From Vicugna vicugna (lineage: Eukaryota), in NCBI GenBank assembly GCA_013265495.1, contig MU058423.1, forward strand, positions 5,686,745-5,750,744: DNA of 64,000 nucleotides, read 5' to 3'. The position numbers were made by a program, and so were the translations under genes. Below, one piece after another: positions 53,346-64,000 of the stretch. The stretch's first letter is position 1. Each line of letters begins with the position of its first letter. The notes under the pieces were generated by a model. That model was not told the origin of the DNA. It saw only the letters and a list, made by a program, of their open reading frames with translations, and did not search any database.

Positions 53346-55564
53346 CAAGAGTCAGAATTGTGGCATTTCCAACTTTTAATTTCACAATAGGTATAATTAA
53401 CAAAACTTCTAACTAAATCTTGAAGTCAGTAATTTACTTTTATTCAATCTGCCTGTCCAGTTTGTATAATACACATTAGAAATTGATGTTATATTCTATA
53501 CTTTTTTTAATCCCTGGAGAAATTTAAATAAGCATATAGACTCCATGAAAATAATAAAAGATTTATTATTTTTGGTCATGCATTTGAGTCACTCAAGTTC
53601 AAAATAGTAAGCAAGATTAGAAAGATATTTAAAGTTTTCTCATACAAAAAAGTTCCAGACATGTTTTGGAATAACCAGCTCTTCCTTAGGTAGGAATAAT
53701 AATAATAATCTATAATGTATCAATGTTAATTATGCCCCTAATTCTACAATTGATATATTTTATATGAAATAGCAAATCATGCAGATAAATAGTGTATGTG
53801 TGTCTATGTTTATATATGTAAATATTCAGTGTTTATACAATAAAATTTTGTTTTATATTTATATTTTATTCTTATATTTTTTAATTGATGCCTTTAAACA
53901 CCAGTTTTGTATAATGCATCATAAACTTGAACTTATAAGAACTAGGTAACAAAAGCTAACCTCCATAGTATAAGTGATAAGAGTAAAATACCCATCAGTT
54001 TGAAATCAAGTCAGATTTATCATCATTTATAATTCATTAGGACTCCTTTTAAACACTGTTTCAAGCATCTCCTAGGTATTTATATTGGAAAGAGATAAAA
54101 TGCATAGATGCACGTTGCTGCCCAATAAATCTCTTTCATGCTTTTCACTTGCAGTAACAGAATAACCTGACCTTGGAGGAGAGCTGTCATTTAGTGTCTT
54201 TATAGAGATGTGGGAGCAGCTTCGACAAGCAAGAGATAAAACCTAGATGGTCTAGAACTCTCTTACCATTGCTTAATCTTCCTAATATACTAAATACAAC
54301 TCCTTTTCTTCATTTTAAATTAACATATTTCAATTTTATCACCTACTTTTTTAACTCTTAAGTAGAGTTGTGAAGGATACAACAAAAATGCTAGGCAAGC
54401 ACACTATTAATGAAGAAGTCCCTAGTCTAAAAACGCCACAGGAAAGCTGATTTTAAATCAACACAAAATTACAAGAGGGAAAGATTAGGGCAGCAAGAAC
54501 AAACCCATAAAACTATAAAGGATGAGGCAATAAAAGTAAAGCAGTGAGATGGGAAGTAATGTTTATTAATTGTCTAGTGACTTTTGTTCCTATTGGGTCT
54601 CATCTCCTCTTTGACAGGAGTCTAAATAAAAATCATAGCATCTGCTTTTCTTCTTCTTCTTGTTTTACAGACACATCCGTGGTGTCATATATTTGCACCT
54701 GCTTTCTTGAATCACAGGTAATTGTGTATGTGGGTTCTCATTTACAACAGCAAGCAGTCTTTGAAGAAAAAGAGAAATTTATGCACGGGTGCTTCTTATA
54801 TGCAGAGCCATGATTTTATTTAATGAGGATTTAGCAAAGGACTTAAAGAAATTTAGCAGTTTGTTCATTCCACCCAAAATATTCTCCGAGTATCGTAGTC
54901 TCAATGACAGGTTATGTTAATTACCTAAAATTCTGAATAGATTTCACGACCATGCTAATAAAACCAAACGTTATACTAAAGAAATAATGCTCTCAATACA
55001 CTTTAAAACTTTGTTCACTAAGACTTTTAACAGTTCCAAGAGATATTTTAAGGTTTTTTTTTTAAAGATTGGTAGGGTGAAAAAAAACAGGGCACTTCCC
55101 CTACCAAAGCACTTTGCTGTTTTCTGTTTTATGTAAATAGGATCCTATGTAATAACACATTTTAGGAAGGATTTCCCTGGTTAGTAATTCAGAAAAATAG
55201 TATTCAAAAGATTTATATTTCAAAATATATACTCATACACCAGTTCTGTTTATAATATCTTTCTATAATTCACTGCCAAACTCTTGGCAACTTATCTATT
55301 TCCTGATTGCTCCATGATTACTTCAACATGATCATACACATTTTATTAAATTACTCACTACTAAATTACTCCTTTTCCACATGGAAAAAAGAAAACAGAA
55401 GGAAAATAAAATATTTAGATAATGACATTTCAGGTAGTTTTATACAATCTAAATTGATCTGATCACAAGGAGGTTATTTTATTCCTCACTGTAAAAATAA
55501 TGAAGATAACTAGTACAATGCATTGTGTTTTGGTTTTGATTTTAAGGGAAATACATCACTTAAG

Positions 55565-55965
55565 ATTACTTTTACTTGGGAACAATGCAGATCTAAAGTT
55601 AAACAAGCTGAAACAAGACCAAAATATTTATATCTCATATAAAAGTCAGAAGGCGGCAGGCCAGGGCTGGTATGATAGTACAATTTCTCAGAGTCCCAAG
55701 AATCCAGGCATCCTCCAGCACTCCCCAGGTGTGTTCTTGTCCATAGGTCCAAGATGGTACCTAGAGGTACAGTCATCATATCTATATCCTTGGTGGCAAA
55801 TAAAGGAGGGTAAAATGAGGGAAAAGGACTTTGACATTTGGCTTATAGGAGCATCACTCAAACTGTCAAATAACTCATCTATGCCCAGTATTTGTTCATA
55901 GATTCACATCAACCTTCCTTTAGGAAGATTTTCTTCTAGGTGGTCATGTAACCAGCTGAAAATTT
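55565..55965 (-). mobile_element. Old MaLR LTR (MLT1K/L-like)
   Basis: aaacaagaccaaaatatttatatctcatataaaagtcagaaggcggcaggccagggctggtatg...caagatgg...ggtggtcatgtaaccagctgaaa. Confidence 0.5.
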
Positions 55966-56460
55966 AAATATCCCCTTTCCTGTTTCCTCAAGTTTGAAGT
56001 GCTCCATATTTGGGCCTTATGTATTTATCAACATGTGCAGTTTGGTGATCACATGCTGTGTCAAGGCTGTATATACCATCTATCTTGCAGCAAATCCTAA
56101 ATTTCTATCTCTGGCTCAGCTTTCCCTCTGGAACATCAGACTGCTGTATTCAACTCCTACACCATATCCTCACTTGATTGTCTAATAAATATTTTAAACT
56201 CCGCATATTCAGAACCGATATTCTTGATCGTCTTCTCAAGACATGGTCCACCTGGCTCATAGAAACTTTCTTGACTCATTTTTAATCCATGAGAAATTCC
56301 TCTTGGCCTTTCCTTCAAAATACAATGCAAATCTAATTACTCATCACCATCTCCAGTGCTGTACCTACGACCAAGCCACAGACACCTCTTAATAGAACTA
56401 TTGCAATAGTCTTCTATCAAGGATCTCTGCTTTTAACTTTGTCCCTCTACAGGCTGTTGT

Positions 56461-58455
56461 TTTTATTTAAAAAAAAAGTTTTATTGAAGTACAGCTGATA
56501 TACAATGTTGTGTTATCACAACAAAGTGATTCAGGTGAGCAACAAAGTGATTCAGTCTTCTATGATTGTTTTCTATGTCTGCAAGCCCATTTCTGTTTTG
56601 TAATTAAGTTTATTTGTACCATGTTTTAGATTCTACATATAAGTGATATAGTACAATATTTATCTTTCTTTGACTTATTTCACTTAGTATGATAATCTCT
56701 ATGTCCATCCATGTTGCTGCAAATGGCATTATCTCATTTTTAATGGCTGAGTAGTATTCCATTGTACATATATACACCACATCTCCTTTATCCAATCATC
56801 TGCTGATGGATACTTCATTTTCTTTCATGTCTTGACTATTGTAATTAGTACTGCTGTGAACACTGGGGTGCATGTATTTTTTGGATTAGAGTTTTCATCT
56901 TTTCCAGATGAATCCCTAGAAGTGGGGTTGCTGGATCATATAGTAATTATTTTTTAGTTTTTTAAGGAAACTCTATACTGTTCTCCTTAGTGGCCTCATC
57001 AATTTACATTCCAACAGTGTAGAGGGTTCCCTTTTCTTCACACTCTCTCCAGCATTTATTATTTGTAGACTTTTTGATGATGGCCATTCTGACCAGTGTG
57101 AGGTGATACCCCAAAATAGCACTGATTTGCATTTCTCTAGTAATTAGTGATGCTGAGCATCTTTTCATGTGCCTGTTGGCCATCTGTCTGTCTTCTTTGG
57201 AAAAATTTCTGTGTAGGTTTTCTGCACATGTTTTAATTGGGTTATTTGTATTTTTGATATTGAGCTGTATGAGCTGTTTGTATATTCTGTAAATTAAGCT
57301 CTTGTCAGTTGTATTGTTTGCAAATATTTTCTCCCATTCTTGTAAATTTTCATTTCATTTTGTTTATAGTTTCCTTTGCTGTGCAAGAGTTTGATTAGGT
57401 CCCATTTACTTGTGTCTTTATTTCTTTTGCCTTGGGAGTTTGATCTAAGAAAATATTGCTACATTTTATGTCAGAGAATGTTTTGCCTGTGTTCTCTTCT
57501 AGGAGTTTTATAGTGCCATGTTTTATATTTAAGTCTTTAAGCCATCCTGAATTTTTTTCTGGATATGGCATGAGAGAGTGTTCTAACTTCATTGATTTAC
57601 ATGTGGCTGTCCAGCTTTCCCAACACCACTTGTTCAAGACATTGTCTTTTCTCCATTATATATTCTTGCCTCCTTTGTTGAAGATTATTTGACCATAGGT
57701 GTATGAGTTTATTTCCGGGCTCTCTGTTCTGTTCCATTGATCCATATGTCTGCTTCTATGAAAATACCACATCATTTTGATTACTGTAGCTTTTTAGTCT
57801 GAAACCTGGGAGTGTTATGCCTCCAGCTTTGTTCTTTTTCCTCAGGCTTGCATTGGCAATCCTGGGTCTTTTGTGGTTTCATATAAATTTTGGGATTATT
57901 TGTTCTAGTTCTGTGTAAAAATCTCACTTTTACCACTTCTATTCAAAATAGTATTGGAAGTCCTAGCTACAGCAGTCAGACTGGAAAAAGAAATGAAAGG
58001 GATCCAGACTGAAAGGGAAGTGATTAAAGTATTATTATATGCAGTGGACTTGATACTCTATATAGAAAACCCTAAAGACTCCACACAAAAACTATTAGAA
58101 CTGATAAATAAATTCAGCATGGGAGTAGTGTACCAGATTAACATACAGAAATCTATTGCATTTCTTTACTCTAACAATGAAATTTCAGAAAGTAAAACAA
58201 ACCAAACCATTTCTTTTAAAATTACATCCAAAAAAAAAAAAATCTAGGAATAAACCTGACCAAGAAGGTGAAAGACTTACATGCTGAAAAACTGTAAAAC
58301 ACTGATAAAGGAAATTGAAGATTATTCAAAGAAATGGAAATATATCCCATGATCTTGGATTGGAAGAATTAATATTGTTAAAATGGTCATACTATCCAAA
58401 GCAATCTACAGATATAAAGTGATCCCTATCAAATTACCCATGAAATTTTTCATAG
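56461..58455. mobile_element. 5'-inverted L1: minus-strand 3' part 56461-~57920, inverted plus-strand part ~57921-58455
   Basis: ORF remnants on opposite strands (56610-56795 and 57395-57637 minus; 57954-58247 plus). Degenerate TSD TACAGGCTGTTGT (56448-56460) / TATAGGCTATTCT (58456-58468). Confidence 0.9.
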
Positions 58456-58925
58456 TATAGGCTATTCTAAACATAGCAACTGGACTGGCCTTTAAAACTG
58501 TAATTCTGATAACTTTACTCTTTCACTCAGAACCCCTCTGTGGCTCTTCATTGTACTCAAAATTAAAATCAAAGTCCCTATATAAGCTGCCTCCCAGTAC
58601 CTTTCTGACACATCCTCTTCCTGCTGCATTTGTGATTCCAAACGCAGTAACCTGTTTGATTTCTCTGAACAAGTCTGACATGCCACCCCTTAGAGAATTT
58701 CTCCACCTGACCATCTATTTAGAATGTTCTTACCCCAGTAATCCACTTGGATCTTTCAAGTGTTTGTTCAGGTATCACTTTCTTGATAAGACACTGACCA
58801 TCCTATTTGGCACCAAAACGTCATTCCCACTTGATCTCATCATTTCAAATCGTCTTACCAAGCTTTAATATTTTTTTCCATAACACTAATTCATTAATTT
58901 GAATATATTATTTGATTTAGTTTAC

Positions 58926-59010
58926 ATATATATATATTATAATGTATATATACACACACACATACATACATGGATGGATGGATAGATAGATAGAGAGGGA
59001 GATAGGTAGG
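58926..59010. repeat. Compound microsatellite (TA/CA/GGAT/GATA)
   Basis: Directly visible. Confidence 0.8.
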
Positions 59011-59549
59011 TATATAAGACAGCTTTATATCCCCTACCATGGAATTTAAGTCTCACAGGGAAAGAGAAGAGTTTATTTTTTTTCCTGCTTTGATTTATCA
59101 TAAGCCTTAGCACAGTACATTGTGCATATTAGGTATGTAATGAATAACGTTAACTGAATTAATTGAATTGAGAGTTCCATTAATACAGAAGAAAAGAATT
59201 AGTGTTGATGGTAACTAACATCTCTGCCATAGATCTAAGCGAAATTGTATTGTTTAAAAACATCTTGGCAACACTTGATGGAATGGAAGTAGTTTTCATC
59301 ATTAGATACCTAACATGTTTCTACAGGAGAAGTTTAGTTACCTTCACAAAAACTGGTAAAAAGTCTTTATTAGCTCCATTTTCCTGATTGAGACAGCTCA
59401 TTTGGAAGGAACTAGGTCACCTGGTGAAACCATGTATCAGGGATTTGACTTTCTTTGCAGAGATTGTTGGGTTTGCAGTTTTTTCTAGTTATATGTAATA
59501 AAGAATTTAACTATATTTTTTGATGTTTGATTGCTGTCTGCTTTTAAAC

Positions 59550-59820
59550 CCCACTGTGGCATTTTTAATTCTGCTCCACATCTGGCCAAGCTGATAAGAA
59601 AGTCTGAGTACTCTCATTTTGGCTACAACTGGAGATTCTGACCAGAAAATCCCTTCCTACCTGCAGGAACTCACACCCCAGACCCTCTTCCTCTAACCAC
59701 AACAATATCCAAAGCAGTCTACTTCTTTGCTTTCTTAAGTTATTTCAGATCAGTTTGAGAAGGATGCCATTATCTCCTCAGACTCTCAAATGTGCCAGTA
59801 TTAAATCTTTATTATTTATC
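59550..59820 (+). mobile_element. Probable ERV LTR fragment
   Basis: caggaactcacaccccagaccc...ttatttcagatcagtttgagaaggatgcc...attaaatcttt resembles an LTR R/U5 region; family uncertain. Confidence 0.35.
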
Positions 59821-59824
59821 ATTA

Positions 59825-60935
59825 AGATTACTTTTTTAGATCAGCTTCAGATTCACAGAAAAACTGAGAGGAAAGTATATATATTTCCCATATATCTCCT
59901 ACCCCAACACATGTATAGACTCCCTCTTATCAACACTCCAGAATAGAGTGGTACATTTCTTTCAATTGATGGACCATCAAATATTGACTCATCATAATCA
60001 TCTATAGCTTACATTAGCGTTTACAGTTGGTGTTGTACAATTTTGGGGTTTAGATAAACTATAATGATGGTTATCCATTATTATGGTATCATACATAAAA
60101 TTATTTTTACTGCCCTAAAATTAATCTATGCTTCATCTACTCATCCTCCCTCTCACTCCCTAAACATTTTTTCCTTTTACAAAATGTCACATATGTGGAA
60201 TCATATAGTATGTAGCCATTTCAGATTGGCTTCTTTCACTTGGTAATATACATCATTTATGTTTCCTCCATGTCTTTTCATGGCTGATAGTTTTTACTTT
60301 TTTTTTTTTTTTAGTGCTGATAATACTCCATTCTGGATTTACCACAGTGTTTTTTTTGTTTGTTTGTTTTTGGGGGTTTTTTTTTTTTGGCTTTTTTTTC
60401 ATCTATTCACTTACTGAAGGATATCTTGGTTGCATCGAGTTTTGACAGCTATGTCTAAAGCTGATACAAACACCCATGTATAGGTTTTTGTGTGGACTTA
60501 TGATTTCACCTATTTTGGTTTAATACCAAGGAGTGCAACTGCTGGATTGCATAGTAAGAATATGTCTAGTTTTGTAAGAAAATGCCGAACTGTCTGTCAA
60601 AGCGGCTGTATGATTTTGCATTCCCACTGGTAATTTTAAGTACTCTGTGGATCTACATTCTTGTCAGTGTTCTACATTTTGGCCATCTTAATAGGTATGC
60701 AGTGCTAGTTCATTGCTTCAAGTTGCATTTTCATGGTGACATATGAGGTGGAGCATCTTTTGATATGATTAATGTTTATTTGCATATCTTCTTTGATGAG
60801 GTATCTGCTAAGATCCTTGATTCATTTTTAATTAAGCATTTGTTTTCCCATTGTTGAGTTCTAAGAGTTTCTTGTATATTTTGGATAACAGTCCTTTATC
60901 AGATGTGTCTTTTGGAAGTATTTTCACCTAGTCTA
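59825..60935 (-). mobile_element. L1MC-like 3' region
   Basis: gattcacagaaaaactgagaggaaagta...cagaatagagtggtacatt...cattttcagattggcttctttcactt...ttttggataacagtcctttatcagatgtgtcttttg. Confidence 0.85.
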
Positions 60936-62949
60936 CCTACTGCTAGGGCCTTCAGACAAAGGCTTCATTTTAGGGAGTGAAGTGTTTCTGCATTATGATG
61001 TAGGCTGGACTAGATGCTAATTAAATTTTAGGTTTATATATTATCAAATGATTTGACAGTTGAACTAATCATTTTAGCTGAATACGTTTTTTAAACATTA
61101 AGTATTTAAGCATTTAATTTAATGTTATACATATACAATATATGTACTGTAGGTATAATACAAAATATTAAATAATATATATAATCACATATAACTAGTG
61201 TAATTATATCTTCAAATTATAGGCATTATCTCTAATTATATGTTAAAATTTTATAAGCCAACTATTAACCATATGTTTTATAATTGACAAATAAAAATAA
61301 AATGAGAATACTTTAAGCAATTCAAACTTACTTCATTTTAAAGGAAATTTAAAAACTGTGTTATGTTCTCTTATTTAAACTATTCTTGAATATGCTTACA
61401 ACTTAGTATACCAATGCAAATGTATATACCATAATTGCATGGTTTACTCATTATTATTAATATAGTTTAATTTCATTTGACATGCTTTTCCTTATGATGA
61501 GATAAACATCTTGAATATATTGTGTCAAATGAAAGATAAAATGGAGATTAAAAAATTTCAAACAAGGGCAATGAATTTTGCTGAGATTACTCAGAAATTA
61601 GAATGTAACAGTAGTTTATAGCTGATATTGTTTCATAGCCTAATTAATTTGCATGGATTAAATTTATCCATTGAACCTCTTTCCTGTTGCATATACAAAG
61701 GTTTTGGCAGAAGCATAAAAAAGGAGAATATGGAGTCAATATAACAATCAAAAGTGATCAGGTGAAAAAATGAGGATGTAATCAAATTTTAATATTTGAA
61801 AAAAAATTTCTATATTTTTCTGAGACAGCACAGTAGATCTAGCATGAAAAGATATAACCTCAAAAATTTTTAAGACTTTTTAATTGCCCGTTATGTCAAA
61901 GCTAAGAACAATCTGGTCAAATAGATTTACTGCGTATCTGACAACAACCTAATGATCAATTTCCATTATTATTAGGGAACAGTTCCATTTCAAAATACAT
62001 ATATTTGAATGGACCACCTCAAAGCTTGGGACCACGTCTCTATTTTCACTTATATGTCAGAGAGGTTAATTGATTTGCCTAACTTAAGAAACTAATAAAT
62101 GCTGAAGACTAGGCTCAAATGTAAAGATTATACAAGTCCTGATATGCTATATGCAGGGCTAATAATCATCGCAGGTGCACCAGCACAACTATATCCATTC
62201 CTTACCTCCAGTATTTCCTCTGATTAGTTTCTACCATTACTGTTCTGCCATAAAAGAGCTTACAAATATCAACCATTGCTCACCCTGTGCTCTACAGCCA
62301 GAAGAACAAAATCTCCCGCTTTTAATCTGCCAACTTTAATTGTCTCATTAATATATTATATGGGTGACACAGAATATTGTGAAAAGAAAAAAAGTTTATA
62401 CATGAAGGCACTGGTCACATTCAATCATTAGTCTAAATTAGCTGTCTGTAGAATAAATAATCTATTCATCCTACAGACACCGTTGGACTGAAACCAGATG
62501 CAGATAATACACTTTGTGTCACCATTATGTTATATGCAATTTCTCAGCTGAGTTATGGAGAACCAGTTGCTAAGCTTGGCTTATGTGCTTTTAGGAAAAT
62601 ATCTGCAGATACAACTTTTTAACCTCAAAAAGAAAATACGAAAATAAATTAATTACAAGAATAACTAACAAGTCATGAGGAAAACATATGTTGTCCCCAT
62701 TCTCTGTTTTACAGTGTAATGTAAGCATAATTTGCTAACCAGTATATATTTTGAAGTTTAAGTCACCAATAAGCGTTCTTCAAATTGCCTCATTTCCAAA
62801 TGATAATCATTAGTGATAAATCTTAGCCTAATTTGATAACATTGATTATTACACCTCCTATTAGTGACATTTTCTTTTTGTTTACAGGATATTGTACTCT
62901 TTTGTGACTCTTTCTACTACATTAGTTTGCATTTTTCAATTTCCCTATC

Positions 62950-63410
62950 TCTGTGACCTCTAAATGTCAGAAAGCCCACATTTCATGCCTTTTTGATCTA
63001 CATTCATTACCTGGGATATTTAACAGGCATGTAAAAAATACATTCCAAACTACATGTTTGATGTTTTCCCCCAATGCTGGCCCTTCCACAAATTTCTCCA
63101 CCTTAGTTAATGGTAAAAGGAAGTTATCCTTGACTTTTTCCTCTTCTCATTTCTAGCATCTAGTCTGTCAGCAAATCCTATTGATTCTAACTTCAAATTT
63201 TATCTCAATTTGACTAGTCTTAGACCTCTAGTACTGGACCAAGTCACAATCATCTCTCAGCTGAATTATTAAAAGGCCCTTCAAAAAAACCCCTCTAAAT
63301 TTCCAGAAAAGTAGTTAGAATAATACTTTTAAAATAAAAGTTGTATATCACTACTACTATTTTAACCCGACATTAGATTTCAGTATTACTCAGATTAAAA
63401 GCAAAAGTCA
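62950..63410 (+). mobile_element. L2 relic
   Basis: ctgggatatttaacaggcat...tccaaact..., ttagttaatggta, tgtcagcaaatcctattgattctaacttcaaa. Confidence 0.6.
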
Positions 63411-63814
63411 TTGTTTTCTGCTTTGGTTGATGGTAGACTGGTTTACTGCAGATAGACCTTTCCATTATGAAGAACAAGAAAAACTGGAAAGATATTTAAG
63501 AATGCTTGAAGGTAATGGAGAGTTCCCAGCGAGGTAGCTGAGTATCTAAGATCCCAGAAATCAGGAAAATGCAGAGATTTTAGCATTATTTATAAGCCCT
63601 TTATTAAATATGTATATATGGATTTATTGAATTAAAAGCATTTTTAGGGGTCAGAGGCTGAAAAGAACCCTTCCCAATTTTATGGGGCTTGGTGGAGGCT
63701 GGAGTGGGTAGAGATGAGTGGGAAATGGATGGGAGGAGGGTGTATGGAAAAATTTAAATTTCAGAGCACACTTTAGACTTCCAGTTGGGGCCCCTGAAAG
63801 ACTATACCTTAGAC

Positions 63815-64000
63815 ATGGGCAGTGAAAACACTCTGTATAATATCACAATGATAGACACTCATAATTATCAACTTTTTCAAAAACCCATAAAATGTGCAAC
63901 ACCAAGAGTGAACTCCAGTGTAAACTATGGACTTTTCGTGATAACGTGTCAGTGTAAGTTCATCAGTTACCACTCTGCTGGCGGATGACAAGAGGTAATC
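63815..64000 (+). mobile_element. L1MC-like 3' UTR fragment, runs off the window
   Basis: ggcagtgaaaacactctgtataatatcacaatg...caacaccaagagtgaac...gtaaactatggactt...gtgtcagtgtaagttcatcagtt. Confidence 0.8.

Larger units (their letters stand above)
55990..59170 (+). mobile_element. L2 element split by an L1 insertion (L2 parts ~55990-56460 and ~58456-59170)
   Basis: caaatcctaaatttctatctct..., ctattgcaatagtcttcta...cctctacaggct | ctattctaaacatagcaac...cctttaaaa..., ending cttagcacagtac...aatgaataacgttaactgaat. Confidence 0.7.

Noticed and set aside
55500..55901. 133-aa ORF
   Set aside because: Overlaps a degenerate MaLR LTR; no protein similarity recognised.

Overview
AT-rich, CpG-poor placental-mammal genomic DNA, intronic or intergenic. 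I cannot recognise any host protein-coding gene, RNA gene or prokaryotic system. The window is dominated by transposable elements: many LINE-1 copies of different ages, L2 and MIR relics, MaLR/ERV LTRs, a MER58-type hAT element and microsatellites. The L1 3' UTRs resemble cetartiodactyl L1s and I see no young ruminant, pig, carnivore or primate SINEs, so a camelid source is a tentative guess. The standout is a very young 5'-truncated L1 (5458-9294, minus strand) with a 14-bp TSD and an uninterrupted ORF2. Its target-site duplication supplies an in-frame ATG in strong Kozak context, giving a 1190-aa ORF that lacks the endonuclease N-terminus but keeps the RT. Other mechanistic footprints are a twin-priming inverted L1, very short L1 3' insertions with TSDs, an internally deleted or chimeric L1, and a perfect 40-bp duplication. 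A few candidate exons and regulatory motifs in unique sequence are weakly supported. Repeat subfamily names come from recalled consensus similarity and boundaries of old repeats are approximate.
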